DNA of 64,000 bases from NCBI GenBank assembly GCA_041675145.1, contig JBAYUK010000002.1:152530-216529 (forward strand). The letters run 5' to 3'. Origin of the DNA: Patescibacteria group bacterium. Its GTDB lineage: Bacteria; Patescibacteriota; JACPGU01. The number at the start of each line of letters is the position of its first letter. Position 1 is the stretch's first letter. The notes beneath the pieces are model-generated. The model searched no databases. It was not told the origin of the DNA and saw only the letters and a program-made list of their open reading frames with translations. Both the position numbers and the translations under genes were made by a program. This document shows, piece by piece, positions 28,518 to 37,952 of the stretch.

Positions 28518-28982
28518 TTAAGCTATCAACATTCTGTAGTGATCTTCCCAAAGCACATAGTCTTTGTCTCTACCTTCTCGTGGTAGGTCATTGATTTCAC
28601 CTTTAGTTAGGAATATAAGCTCGTCGTGATCTGGACTGAGCTGTATCTCCGGCTCTTTATCTAGTTCTATAGTAAAAGCAAACTTTGTTTTATGCTTATT
28701 GGTCTCGATATTATGGAATTCAAATATGCCGAGCGGTTGAAGCTTTTCAGGTAAAACTACGATACCTGCTTCTTCAAATAGCTCTCGTACAGCTGCATGC
28801 GTCAGCTCCTCAGATTCATCGACTGAACCACCAGGTATCTCGAGTATTCCAGAACATGAGTCTGTAGCCGATCGTTTTAATAAAAGGAACCTGTCTTGCC
28901 ATTGCACTCGTATGCACGCACCGATGTTGTGACCAGCACTAATTGCTGATTCTAATTTTTCTTTAAAATTGTTACCCGACAT
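28518..28982 (-). CDS. NUDIX hydrolase (single-gene cassette)
   Basis: Nudix box GGSVDESEELTHAAVRELFEEAGI. Confidence 0.9.
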   Translation of the reverse strand: MSGNNFKEKLESAISAGHNIGACIRVQWQDRFLLLKRSATDSCSGILEIPGGSVDESEELTHAAVRELFEEAGIVVLPEKLQPLGIFEFHNIETNKHKTKFAFTIELDKEPEIQLSPDHDELIFLTKGEINDLPREGRDKDYVLWEDHYRMLIA

Positions 28983-29032
28983 ATAGATTTATTGTAAGTA
29001 TAGCTTGCACTATTATAGCACTATTTTTGTAT

Positions 29033-29190
29033 CACTCTATACCGAGATCCTTCAGATTGCGTAACTTACAACCTACCGGAAAAGCCTTCGACTGACCCGG
29101 TTGTGAAATTTCTGGAGCGAGGTAGCCCACCCGACCGTGAGGGGTTAGTGCCTCATAAAACACGCATAAAGGCGTGTTTTATGGTATAGT
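29033..29190 (+). repeat. Diverged junction repeat: 5' half, core deleted, type-B end
   Basis: Aligns with 12281-12375; about 12 nt around CAG missing; hairpin 29154-29183 then TATAGT. Confidence 0.85.
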
Positions 29191-29220
29191 AGTACTATAA
29201 GTTATACAACTCAACCTTAT

Positions 29221-29904
29221 ATGAAGAAGCTGTCGAATGTTACACTACTCGGGATAGATTGTATTAATATTGAAAGACTTCAAAAAGCCTTAGATATCTC
29301 TTCTCTGAATATTGAATTTGGTGAAGTCAAACTACTTACTTCACTACCAACAGAAGATTCAAGAAAAGTAGAAATTCCTCATATTGGATCAATAGAAGAT
29401 TTTTCAAAGTTCTCAATTTGTGATTTATATAAATACGTAAGCACGGACTATGTTTTGTTGGTTCAGTATGATGGTTTTGTTTTGAATCCAGACTCTTGGA
29501 ACGACGAATTCTTAAAATACGACTATATTGGAGCCCCATGGCTTGTAGCGGACTGGGCAACTAAAAATTTTGATTTCCCAGAGGAGCTACTAGGAACTTG
29601 GATTGTGGGAAATGGAGGATTTTCTTTAAGAAGCAAGAAGTTTCTAGAAACTAGTAGTCGCCTCGCTAAAGAAGGAGCTTTTAAAAAGTATCACCCAGAA
29701 GATGTAGTTATGTGTGTATGGGATAGAGACAAGCTTGAGAAAGAAGGAATAAAGTTTGCGCCAGTAGATATTGCTAAACAGTTTAGTATTGAGGGAGATG
29801 ATGATGTCTATGATAAACAGTTCGGTTTCCATAGCTTAAAATGGACAAATATTCAAAAATGGATTGATGACAACTCGAAGTGGACTATAAAGCTAGTTCA
29901 ATAA
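29221..29904 (+). CDS. DUF5672-like (glycosyltransferase-like) protein
   Basis: LLVQYDG, YDYIGAPW, VGNGGFSLRS, EDV, FGFH. Confidence 0.75.
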   Translation: MKKLSNVTLLGIDCINIERLQKALDISSLNIEFGEVKLLTSLPTEDSRKVEIPHIGSIEDFSKFSICDLYKYVSTDYVLLVQYDGFVLNPDSWNDEFLKYDYIGAPWLVADWATKNFDFPEELLGTWIVGNGGFSLRSKKFLETSSRLAKEGAFKKYHPEDVVMCVWDRDKLEKEGIKFAPVDIAKQFSIEGDDDVYDKQFGFHSLKWTNIQKWIDDNSKWTIKLVQ

Positions 29905-29960
29905 CCTATTAACCTAGAAATACGAGACGTAATTCAAGGTGCCTAAGGTACTATATTGAT

Positions 29961-30010
29961 AGGGTTAAGGATTCATAAAACACGCCAGAAAGCGTGTTTT
30001 ATGATATAAT
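29961..30010 (+). repeat. Type-B hairpin/promoter copy
   Basis: CATAAAACACGC-cagaaa-GCGTGTTTTATG-A-TATAAT. Confidence 0.85.
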
Positions 30011-30016
30011 GTGCCT

Positions 30017-30556
30017 ATGAATATATCTATTCGAGACGCTAAACCTGAAGATATAGCAGAAGTTACCCAGGTACTTTATAAGACCTGGCTCTCTACTTAT
30101 CCTAACGAGTTTGTTGGTATTACGAGAGAAGATATTGAACAGAGGTTTTCTGGTAGATTTACCGATGAGGCTTTGAGTGAAAGGGCAGAGAAAATAAAGA
30201 ACCTTCCTTCAAATCAGAGATACCTAGTTGCTGTACAGGGCGACAAAATAGTTGGTCAGTGTTTAGTAACAAATGAGAAGGAGCGTAATTTTTTGAATGT
30301 AATTTATGTACTGCCGGAGCATCAAGGTAGTGGTATTGGAAAAAAACTCTGGGAAGAAGCGAGTCACTTTTTAAATAGGAAAAATGATACCGAATTGCTT
30401 GTAGCTAGTTACAATGACGGGGCAATTAACTTCTATAAATCTCTGGGATTTATTGATACTGGTGAAGTTATTAGAGATGAAAAATATAAAATGGGTGCAA
30501 GTGGCACAATAATGCCAGAGCTTAAAATGATTCTTCCAGCCAAACAAGAAAAGTAG
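30017..30556 (+). CDS. GNAT acetyltransferase
   Basis: VLPEHQGSGIGKKL; N..AINFYKSLGF. Confidence 0.88.
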   Translation: MNISIRDAKPEDIAEVTQVLYKTWLSTYPNEFVGITREDIEQRFSGRFTDEALSERAEKIKNLPSNQRYLVAVQGDKIVGQCLVTNEKERNFLNVIYVLPEHQGSGIGKKLWEEASHFLNRKNDTELLVASYNDGAINFYKSLGFIDTGEVIRDEKYKMGASGTIMPELKMILPAKQEK

Positions 30557-30637
30557 TTCTTTTAAGGAATCTTATTAGGGCTATTTAAGATAGTACTCCA
30601 GAAAAGTTATATTAATTATATAAATCCAGTAACCGAT

Positions 30638-31255
30638 ATGACGAATAAAGTACTCCTAGCAACATTTAACGAGGGCAAGATAGAGAGATTCAAAAGTCTC
30701 ATAGCTCAAACGGGCTTAAGTGTAGAAGTATTTACTCCTGCGGACTTAAGTATTCCACCTATTCATATTGAAGAGAACGGGAGTAGCCTAACAGAGAACG
30801 CAGAAATTAAAGCACGTGCATTTTTGGGTAAAGTGGATATGCCTATTCTTGCTAATGACGCAGGATTTTGGGTTGAAGGGGAAGGACTCATTGAGGCACC
30901 TAAACGCTTAGCTTTAGGGAGTCACGCTGAGGAATCATTAAGTAAAGAACAAGCAGCTATACTAATCTTAGATTTTTGGAAGAATATTGCTTGTAAAAAA
31001 GGTGGCAAGGTTGACGCTGCTTGGGTTGAGACATTTGTTCTTCTAGATCCAGACGGAAAACTTCATACTGCCGAATCAAGAAGAGAAGTTACTCTCACAG
31101 ACCAGGAATTTGGAAAGCCACACATTCAGTTTCCTATGAGAGCGTTATATATATCCAAAGATACAAATAAGCCAGCCTTGCACCACTCTCCTCAAGAAGA
31201 ACTGCTCGAGATGAAGCCTATAACAGATGCCTTGCGTACAATTTTAAGCGAATAA
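30638..31255 (+). CDS. Ham1/ITPase-like NTP pyrophosphatase (divergent)
   Basis: LATFNEGK, EENGSSLTENAEIKA, ANDAG. Confidence 0.7.
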   Translation: MTNKVLLATFNEGKIERFKSLIAQTGLSVEVFTPADLSIPPIHIEENGSSLTENAEIKARAFLGKVDMPILANDAGFWVEGEGLIEAPKRLALGSHAEESLSKEQAAILILDFWKNIACKKGGKVDAAWVETFVLLDPDGKLHTAESRREVTLTDQEFGKPHIQFPMRALYISKDTNKPALHHSPQEELLEMKPITDALRTILSE

Positions 31256-31305
31256 ATATATGATTAGTTTGACTAAGCTAAATTAGGATTTAAAATAACT
31301 AAGCC

Positions 31306-32007
31306 ATGCAAAAGAATATCCTCATCACAGGTAAGCCGAAGAGTGGAAAGTCTACGCTACTGCGTACACTCATTACTCCTATTCAAAATAAAGTTGGCTT
31401 AGTTGCTGATGAGGTTTTAGGTGAAGAGGGAAGAATAGGGTTTGACGTAGAGACACATACTGGAGCGAAAGTACCTCTTGCTCGTGTTGATATTGAGACA
31501 CCATACAGGGTTGGTAGATACTTCGTTGATATTAAAAGTCTAGACTCTATTATTCCTGAAGTATCTCGCTTCACAAGCGACGATCTCTTGTACCTCGATG
31601 AAATAGGTCAAATGCAACTTTTGTCTGAGAAGTTTAAGAAGCTAGTTACTACATATCTTGATGCTTCAAATACATGTATTGCCACTATCTCGAATGTGTT
31701 TGAGGATGACTGTATAAAAAGTGTAAAAGAACGAGATGACATCATCTTAGTTGAAATTTCTCCAGAAGACCGAGAAGAGAGAGCGCAGTTCATATCTCAA
31801 CTATTAAGGAAGATAGAAAAAGCTAAAAAGTATGTCTTAGAGCCCGAACGCTTTAGTATCCAGGGTTCAGTTTGTGAAATGAGATCTGAGCACGATACGA
31901 GAAGGTTAGTTTTTGCGGAAAGTAAGTGGCAGTGCGACTGTGATTTCTATAAGAAGTATAGTACCTGTAGTCATGTAATAGCAGTTACAGAAATTGCCAG
32001 GAAATAG
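31306..32007 (+). CDS. THEP1-type NTPase with C-terminal SWIM Zn finger
   Basis: ITGKPKSGKST, LDEIGQM; CDCDFYKKYSTCSHV. Confidence 0.75.
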   Translation: MQKNILITGKPKSGKSTLLRTLITPIQNKVGLVADEVLGEEGRIGFDVETHTGAKVPLARVDIETPYRVGRYFVDIKSLDSIIPEVSRFTSDDLLYLDEIGQMQLLSEKFKKLVTTYLDASNTCIATISNVFEDDCIKSVKERDDIILVEISPEDREERAQFISQLLRKIEKAKKYVLEPERFSIQGSVCEMRSEHDTRRLVFAESKWQCDCDFYKKYSTCSHVIAVTEIARK

Positions 32008-32098
32008 CTTTTTGAAGACGGGTAGAATAGTGTGTTGAAAGTGTGAGGAAGTGCTAGGCCCAAGGCATGAGACTACCATGTATAGTATAATTATCTAT

Positions 32099-32869
32099 AT
32101 GATTACCGATGGACCATTACTAGATAAGGTGAAGATTGCTTTTCAGGAAGGACTAGACTTCTCTTTGTACCCCTTCTCTTTAGGGATTATTAAAAACCTT
32201 ACAGATATTGTTTTTCCTACCCAAGTAACTTTTTTTGTAGGTGAAAACGGTACCGGGAAGTCTACAATACTTGAAACTATTGCACATAAAGCAGGTTTTG
32301 GCCCTGAAGGAGGAAGTAAGAATATTAACTTCAATACTACAGAAGAAACTCATAGCTCACCTATCGACCTTTTGTCATCACAGATAGTGCTTTCGTGGAG
32401 AAAGAAGCCAAAAGACGGATATTTCTTTAGAGCAGAGAGCTTTTTTAATCTCGCGAGCCACATTGATACGATTGCAGTCGAAGGTGGTCAGGGTAGGCAT
32501 GTTGCTTACGCAAGTTACGGGGGCAAGTCACTTCATGAACAGTCTCATGGTGAGAGTTTTCTTAACTTTTTTAGAAACAGGTTGGGTGGTGGAGGGTTCT
32601 ATATCTTTGACGAGCCTGAAGCTGCGCTCTCTCCGCAACGGCAACTAGCTTTGCTTAAGATTATTCACGATCTATCTCGCAATCCAGAGACTCAGTTTAT
32701 TATTGCTACTCACTCACCAATACTGCTTGCGTATCCTAATGCTCGAATCTATTCTTGTGATAGTGATACTCTGGAGACTATCCAGTACAAGGATACGAAG
32801 CATTATCAAATAACCAAAGGTTTCCTTGATAATCCAGACCAGTACTTTACGCATCTTTTTAATGACTAA
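32099..32869 (+). CDS. ABC/AAA-type ATPase (COG3910-like)
   Basis: GENGTGKST, FFRAESF, SHGESF, DEPEAALSP, ATHSP. Confidence 0.85.
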   Translation: MITDGPLLDKVKIAFQEGLDFSLYPFSLGIIKNLTDIVFPTQVTFFVGENGTGKSTILETIAHKAGFGPEGGSKNINFNTTEETHSSPIDLLSSQIVLSWRKKPKDGYFFRAESFFNLASHIDTIAVEGGQGRHVAYASYGGKSLHEQSHGESFLNFFRNRLGGGGFYIFDEPEAALSPQRQLALLKIIHDLSRNPETQFIIATHSPILLAYPNARIYSCDSDTLETIQYKDTKHYQITKGFLDNPDQYFTHLFND

Positions 32870-32880
32870 ATAATAAAAGT

Positions 32881-33429
32881 ATGTCGATTATCCGTTTTAA
32901 ATCTAAACTCGTTAGTGTCGGCTCACATACTCTTCTTGTGTTACCAAAAAGTGCAAGTGAAAAGCTTCCATCGCGCGGTATGGTGATGGTGGAAGGTACT
33001 ATCAATGAATCTAAGTTTCAAGCGCCACTTGAGCCAGACGGTCGAGGTAGTCACTGGCTCAAAGTTGATAAGGCTACTCTCAAGAATACTGGAGCAAGTG
33101 TAGGTGATACACTAACGCTTGTAATTACACCCTCTCAGCTGTGGCCAGAACCTACAGTACCGACAGACTTACCGGTGGCACTTATAACTAGCTCAAAAGT
33201 ATATACTCTCTGGAAGGATATTACGCCCATGGCGCGCTGGGACTGGATCCGCTGGATACGATCAACAAAAGACCCAGAAACACGCAAGAGACGGATTGAA
33301 GTAATGTTCTCAAAACTTAAAGCTGGAAGTAGAAGACCGTGTTGTTTTAATCGTACTATATGCACCGTGCCAGATGTATCACATAACGGGGTGCTTCTCA
33401 ATCCGGCACAAGCTAAAACAATTAAATAA
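32881..33429 (+). CDS. DUF1905 plus YdeI/OmpD-associated family protein
   Basis: LPSRG..VEGTIN; WIRWIRSTK.PETRKRRI. Confidence 0.75.
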   Translation: MSIIRFKSKLVSVGSHTLLVLPKSASEKLPSRGMVMVEGTINESKFQAPLEPDGRGSHWLKVDKATLKNTGASVGDTLTLVITPSQLWPEPTVPTDLPVALITSSKVYTLWKDITPMARWDWIRWIRSTKDPETRKRRIEVMFSKLKAGSRRPCCFNRTICTVPDVSHNGVLLNPAQAKTIK

Positions 33430-33443
33430 ATAATACTAAAAAA

Positions 33444-33938
33444 ATGATTAACTTGCCGTATACACTCGAAGAATACTTTGCCGATGACTCATATCGTCAT
33501 ATATCTGAGATTAACAGATTCTACGAAGATCTTGGTCATGATGGTACCGATGAAGCTGAGTGGAGAGAATTTCTCTATGAAGGCTTTCTTGTTATTTTGA
33601 GAAGTAAAGAAGTGATGGTTGGATATATGATCATTAGTTACAGCTTGCCAAAGCTAGGAAATGATTTTTTTGACGCAAAAACTGATGGGTATCTATTTCA
33701 GCTGTATTTAGCAGACGAAATTAGAGGACATGGAATAGGTACTAAACTTATTCATTACGCTGAACAAAAAACTTTAGATTATGGACGCAATCGACTTTTT
33801 GTAGAAACTCATTATATGAACTCAGGAATGGAGAAACTACTAAACAACTTAGGTTATAAATTTGTAGAAAAAAGAGATTATACGAAACAATATAAAGACA
33901 TAGACTCTTTTTACTTATTGTATGTTAAGTCGCTATAA
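33444..33938 (+). CDS. GNAT acetyltransferase
   Basis: RGHGIGTKL motif A. Confidence 0.75.
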   Translation: MINLPYTLEEYFADDSYRHISEINRFYEDLGHDGTDEAEWREFLYEGFLVILRSKEVMVGYMIISYSLPKLGNDFFDAKTDGYLFQLYLADEIRGHGIGTKLIHYAEQKTLDYGRNRLFVETHYMNSGMEKLLNNLGYKFVEKRDYTKQYKDIDSFYLLYVKSL

Positions 33939-34028
33939 CGAATGTCGCCTCAAAGTATACTGATTAATATATAATAGAATTCTTTTAACATAAAACTACA
34001 TTTTACCGAATCGTTACAGAAGATAATT

Positions 34029-34502
34029 ATGAAGTCGTATAAAAAAGAAATTAAAACAGTAGATCAATACATTGGATTATTTCCAAAAGATGTTGCGAAT
34101 AAGCTTAGCGTTATTCGAGGCATTATTCATAAGCTAGCACCACATGCAGTAGAAGCTATTAGCTACAATATGCCGGCCTTTAAGCTTAATGGCATTTTAA
34201 TTTACTTTGCAGGATACGAGCACCATATTGGGCTGTACCCTATGGCTTCAACTATTAAAGCTTTTAAGGAAGAATTAGCTGAATATAAAACATCTAAAGG
34301 CACAATACAAATTCCTTTAGATAAACCTCTGCCATTGCCTTTGATTCGTAGAATCGTAAAATATCGTATAGAGGAAAGTCTAAAAGATAAAGATACATAT
34401 GGAGTAAAAAAAGTATGCAGTAGAGGACACCAGTTTTTAAAAGGCAAAGAGACTCCAGTGTGTCCTAAGTGTTGGCCAGGATATTATAAGAGTAAGAAAT
34501 AG
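34029..34502 (+). CDS. DUF1801/YdhG-like protein with C-terminal Zn knuckle
   Basis: EAISYNMPAF...HIGLYP...SKGTIQIP; CSRGH...CPKC. Confidence 0.75.
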   Translation: MKSYKKEIKTVDQYIGLFPKDVANKLSVIRGIIHKLAPHAVEAISYNMPAFKLNGILIYFAGYEHHIGLYPMASTIKAFKEELAEYKTSKGTIQIPLDKPLPLPLIRRIVKYRIEESLKDKDTYGVKKVCSRGHQFLKGKETPVCPKCWPGYYKSKK

Positions 34503-34508
34503 AACATT

Positions 34509-34907
34509 ATGAAGGAATATACAGGAATTATTATAGAGGAGTCTTTATCTAATAAAGATATCCTTACAAGAACGATAACTACCTCAACTAAAGTTGAGCC
34601 CGTCACTCCTGAGCATAAAACCCCATGGCTTACGCAGTGGACACTTCATACGGTTGAGATACCAGAAGAAAGTATAGAGAAAGTTTCAGAAGAGATTAGT
34701 AAGTCATTTGACCCAATGCACCTAGGTTCATGGTATGTAGATTTTAAGAACGATACACATCACTACATAATTTATCCAGAAAAGGTATTTTATGTAGACA
34801 GATCTAGTGTAGAGCAATATAACGAAGCAAGTCGGTATGGAATTTCTATAGGAATACCAGACTATCAGGTAGATTTTAGTTCACACGTAAAACAGTGGGA
34901 TAGGTAA
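34509..34907 (+). CDS. Conserved-looking hypothetical protein
   Basis: GIIIEESL...WTLH...WYVDF...GIPDYQVD; in operon context. Confidence 0.55.
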   Translation: MKEYTGIIIEESLSNKDILTRTITTSTKVEPVTPEHKTPWLTQWTLHTVEIPEESIEKVSEEISKSFDPMHLGSWYVDFKNDTHHYIIYPEKVFYVDRSSVEQYNEASRYGISIGIPDYQVDFSSHVKQWDR

Positions 34908-34929
34908 TACATTGTAATTAAAAAATATT

Positions 34930-35772
34930 ATGCAAAACGTCACCCCGTTCTTGTGGTTAAATAATCAGGCAGAAGAAGCAGCTACTCTATACACCTCACT
35001 TTTTCCAGATTCAAAAATTGAATTTGCAAGTAGGCAATATGTTACATATGAACTAGCTGGTCAAAAATTTATGGCTTTAAATGGTGGGCCGATGTTTACT
35101 ATGACCCCATCAGTATCATTTTTTGTGTACTGCGAGACGGTTGAAGAAATAGATAGAATCTGGGAGAAGTTATCCCAGGGTGGCAAGGTTATGATGGAGC
35201 TTCAACAGTATCCATTTAGTGAAAAATATGGGTGGCTTAACGATAAGTATGGTGTCTCGTGGCAGCTGATGGTTGGAGAAGCAGAGCATAAGGTAACTCC
35301 TTTCTTGTTCTTTACCGGCAAGCAAAACGGCAAAGCAGAAGAAGCTGTAAACTACTATGTATCGGTATTTAATAACTCGAGTATCGGTACTATCACATAT
35401 TACCAGCCTGGCATGGGTGAACCAGAGAAGGCAGTGGTGCACGCAGATTTCGTACTTGCCGGACAGCCATTTATGGCAATGGAAAATAGTGGTCCTCATG
35501 CATTTACATTCTCTGAAGCCAACTCGTTCTTCATTGGTGTAGAAACTCAAGCAGAAGTTGACGAACTGTGGGAGAAGTTGTCTCAGGGAGGTAGTAAAGG
35601 TCAGTGCGGGTGGTTAAAAGACAAGTACGGTCTCTCATGGCAGGTTATCCCAAAAAAGTTAAGTGAGCTTTTGGCGGGAGAGAGTGAAAAAGCAGGAAAA
35701 GTATATAAGGCTATGCTCACTATGACGAAGTTGGATATAGCGCAATTACAGGAAGCATACGATCAGGATTAG
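34930..35772 (+). CDS. Tandem VOC/PhnB-like (3-demethylubiquinone-9 3-methyltransferase domain) protein
   Basis: Duplicated TPFL...AEEA and GWL.DKYG.SWQ. Confidence 0.88.
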   Translation: MQNVTPFLWLNNQAEEAATLYTSLFPDSKIEFASRQYVTYELAGQKFMALNGGPMFTMTPSVSFFVYCETVEEIDRIWEKLSQGGKVMMELQQYPFSEKYGWLNDKYGVSWQLMVGEAEHKVTPFLFFTGKQNGKAEEAVNYYVSVFNNSSIGTITYYQPGMGEPEKAVVHADFVLAGQPFMAMENSGPHAFTFSEANSFFIGVETQAEVDELWEKLSQGGSKGQCGWLKDKYGLSWQVIPKKLSELLAGESEKAGKVYKAMLTMTKLDIAQLQEAYDQD

Positions 35773-35791
35773 TATATTTCGCTTCGTATCT

Positions 35792-36640
35792 ATGGAAATT
35801 CTAAACATAAAAATAAAGTCAGAGTATAGTAGTATATTGGACCAGGGAGTAAAGAGAAACTTTACTCCTGTATTTGCCATGCTTGGTATTGGGGTGTTCA
35901 ATATTCTTATAGAACTCTTCTCCCGGCATTTCATGTCTGTTCACGCAGCAAACATACTGGTAGAGTCGTTCCATGTTCTCATCTACTTTGGTATCCCACT
36001 GCTACTTGTGGGGACGAGTCGGCCGTATCAGGGATATGCCTTTGTGGCGCTTTATACTATAGCAACATCACTACTCTATGCTCTTGTTGAGTTGCAGTAT
36101 ATAAGCACCTACTGTAGTGTGCTTTTTATCGTACTTCTCTTCATATACATACTCTGTACTAAGAAGAGATCTCGTTTACTTATTCAGGTAAAGCCACTCA
36201 AAGAGGTGGTGGTCTATAGTCTCACCGCAGCGTTTTTGATTATAGGGCATGTATTCTTTGTGGTTTCAACGTCTACTAACTACCAATTCAATGCAGTAGT
36301 GCTGCACGAGATACTGCCAAAGATTTTCTATATGGTATTTGGTATCTTCGGGATGGAAGTGTTCTTTAGGGGCTATATATTCAATCAGTTAAATAGAGAG
36401 CTTAAGATTCCATTTTGGATATCTGCAGGTGTTTCAACAATACTCTTCATGGGTCCATTCTTGGTAAACCCTTTTTTCACAACCAATATCTACCTAGGAG
36501 TAGTAATAGGGTTTTACTTACTACTCATTGGATTTGTCTGTTGCGCTTTAGCTAAGAAAACAAAAAGTATTATCCCTCCATTTGTTGTGAGCTTGGTTAT
36601 TGCAATCATTCGCTACTCAGTAATTTTTGGTCCTATATAA
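35792..36640 (+). CDS. CPBP/Abi-family intramembrane protease-like protein
   Basis: Multi-TM; MEVFFRGY; the later His motifs look degenerate. Confidence 0.55.
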   Translation: MEILNIKIKSEYSSILDQGVKRNFTPVFAMLGIGVFNILIELFSRHFMSVHAANILVESFHVLIYFGIPLLLVGTSRPYQGYAFVALYTIATSLLYALVELQYISTYCSVLFIVLLFIYILCTKKRSRLLIQVKPLKEVVVYSLTAAFLIIGHVFFVVSTSTNYQFNAVVLHEILPKIFYMVFGIFGMEVFFRGYIFNQLNRELKIPFWISAGVSTILFMGPFLVNPFFTTNIYLGVVIGFYLLLIGFVCCALAKKTKSIIPPFVVSLVIAIIRYSVIFGPI

Positions 36641-36643
36641 AGC

Positions 36644-37911
36644 ATGAAAGTACTCTATAGAAATATGTTCGTTACGGTGGTTCTCGTTTTTCTCGCAACA
36701 ATTGTTGTGTACTGGGCAGAGCAAGCAAAACTACCGCACTTTGAATTATTTCGATACCTGTACTTTATACCAATACTTTTTTCAGCGCTTACTTTTGACT
36801 TTGCTGGTGCAGTATATGCATCGGTTACCGTTGTTTCTCTCTACATTCCGATATTGTTCTTAAGGCTTGAAAGCCGGGGCGTAGATGATGCTTCTGTTGA
36901 GCTGTTTATTACCTTAATGCTCTTCGTAGTTATTGGAGTTATAGTGGGAATTGCTTCAGGCAACGAAAGAAGGAAGCGCGAAACATACCAGGCTTTATCT
37001 GAACTAGGTAATATTATTTCGTACTCGTTTACGATCGATAAACTACTACCTGAAGTGCTCAATACAATTGTGAGAGTGACAGAAAGTGCACGGGGTGCCA
37101 TTGTATTTATAGATACAGAAAAAGAGTTCTTCACTCTACTGGATAGTAACAATCAGGTACAAAAGATTCGTAATAATTCAGATACGCCATTGCACGACTT
37201 ACTGACAATAAAAAAACCGTTCTTCATTAATAACATTGCACAAGATGAAAGGTTGCTCGTGTCTGATGATATGGGTGAGTTCGTATCTATGATGGTATCT
37301 CCAATTATAGTAAAAGATAGAACAATAGGTTTGGTGATTGTAGAAGACAAGGTTGAGGAGAAGCGATACGCAACAGACAATGCCCAACTACTCTTCACGA
37401 TTGCCACACAACTGGGTGCAAATGTTACGAACCTCAAGCTGTACGAGCTTGCCGTCATTGATGGACTAACTCAGACATATACGCATCGTTTCTTCCAGAA
37501 CAAACTCAAAGAAGAACTAAAACAGAAACCCGTCTCGTTACTGTTGGCAGATATTGATCATTTTAAAAGTGTAAACGATACCTATGGTCATCCTGAAGGA
37601 GATGTAGTGTTAAAGCAGGTTGCCAAGATTATGCAGGAAGTAGTTGGTGACATGGGGGAGAAGAATTCAGTATTATTCTCCCCGGTACGAGTAAGGAAGA
37701 AGCACTAAGAATTGCACAGGCAATCTGTGACGCGGTCTCGCTGTATCCTTTTGTATTGAAGGATCAGAAGAAGGTTATAACCATTAGTATTGGGGTATCA
37801 TTCACAGATAGTGATTGCCATCCTCGAGAGTTAATTGAAAAAGCAGACAAGAACCTATACGTCGCAAAAGACACGGGAAGAAATAGGGTCTGTTCGACCC
37901 ATGCCGTATAA
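36644..37911 (+). pseudogene. Membrane GAF-GGDEF diguanylate cyclase broken by deletion/frameshift at ~37651-37658
   Basis: DGLT, DIDHFKSVNDTYGH.EGD in the annotated frame; GGEEF...SIG...AD..LY.AK..GRN in the -1 frame to TAA 37911. Confidence 0.85.
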
Positions 37912-37952
37912 ACTGGTATACTGTCGACATTACATAGAACCATATCAGTGTT

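Noticed and set aside
10222-29190. Junction repeat as a duplicated protein-coding fragment (LDRDPSDYITYNLPEKPSTDPIVEVLDR...)
   Set aside because: The frame is open in three copies with several synonymous changes, but the 28298 copy has an in-frame TAA, there is no start codon or parent gene in the window, and the changes fit G-U-tolerant pairing equally well. Not fully excluded.
8507-30010. CRISPR array, TIGR array or classical integron attC array
   Set aside because: Repeats are ~200 bp and separated by whole genes; no cas, tas or intI gene; no consistent RYYYAAC/GTTRRRY ends.
34930-35772. Internal repeat TGGGAGAAGTT.TC.CAGGG...GGGTGG.T.AA.GA.AAGTA.GG
   Set aside because: Ordinary tandem domain duplication within the VOC protein.
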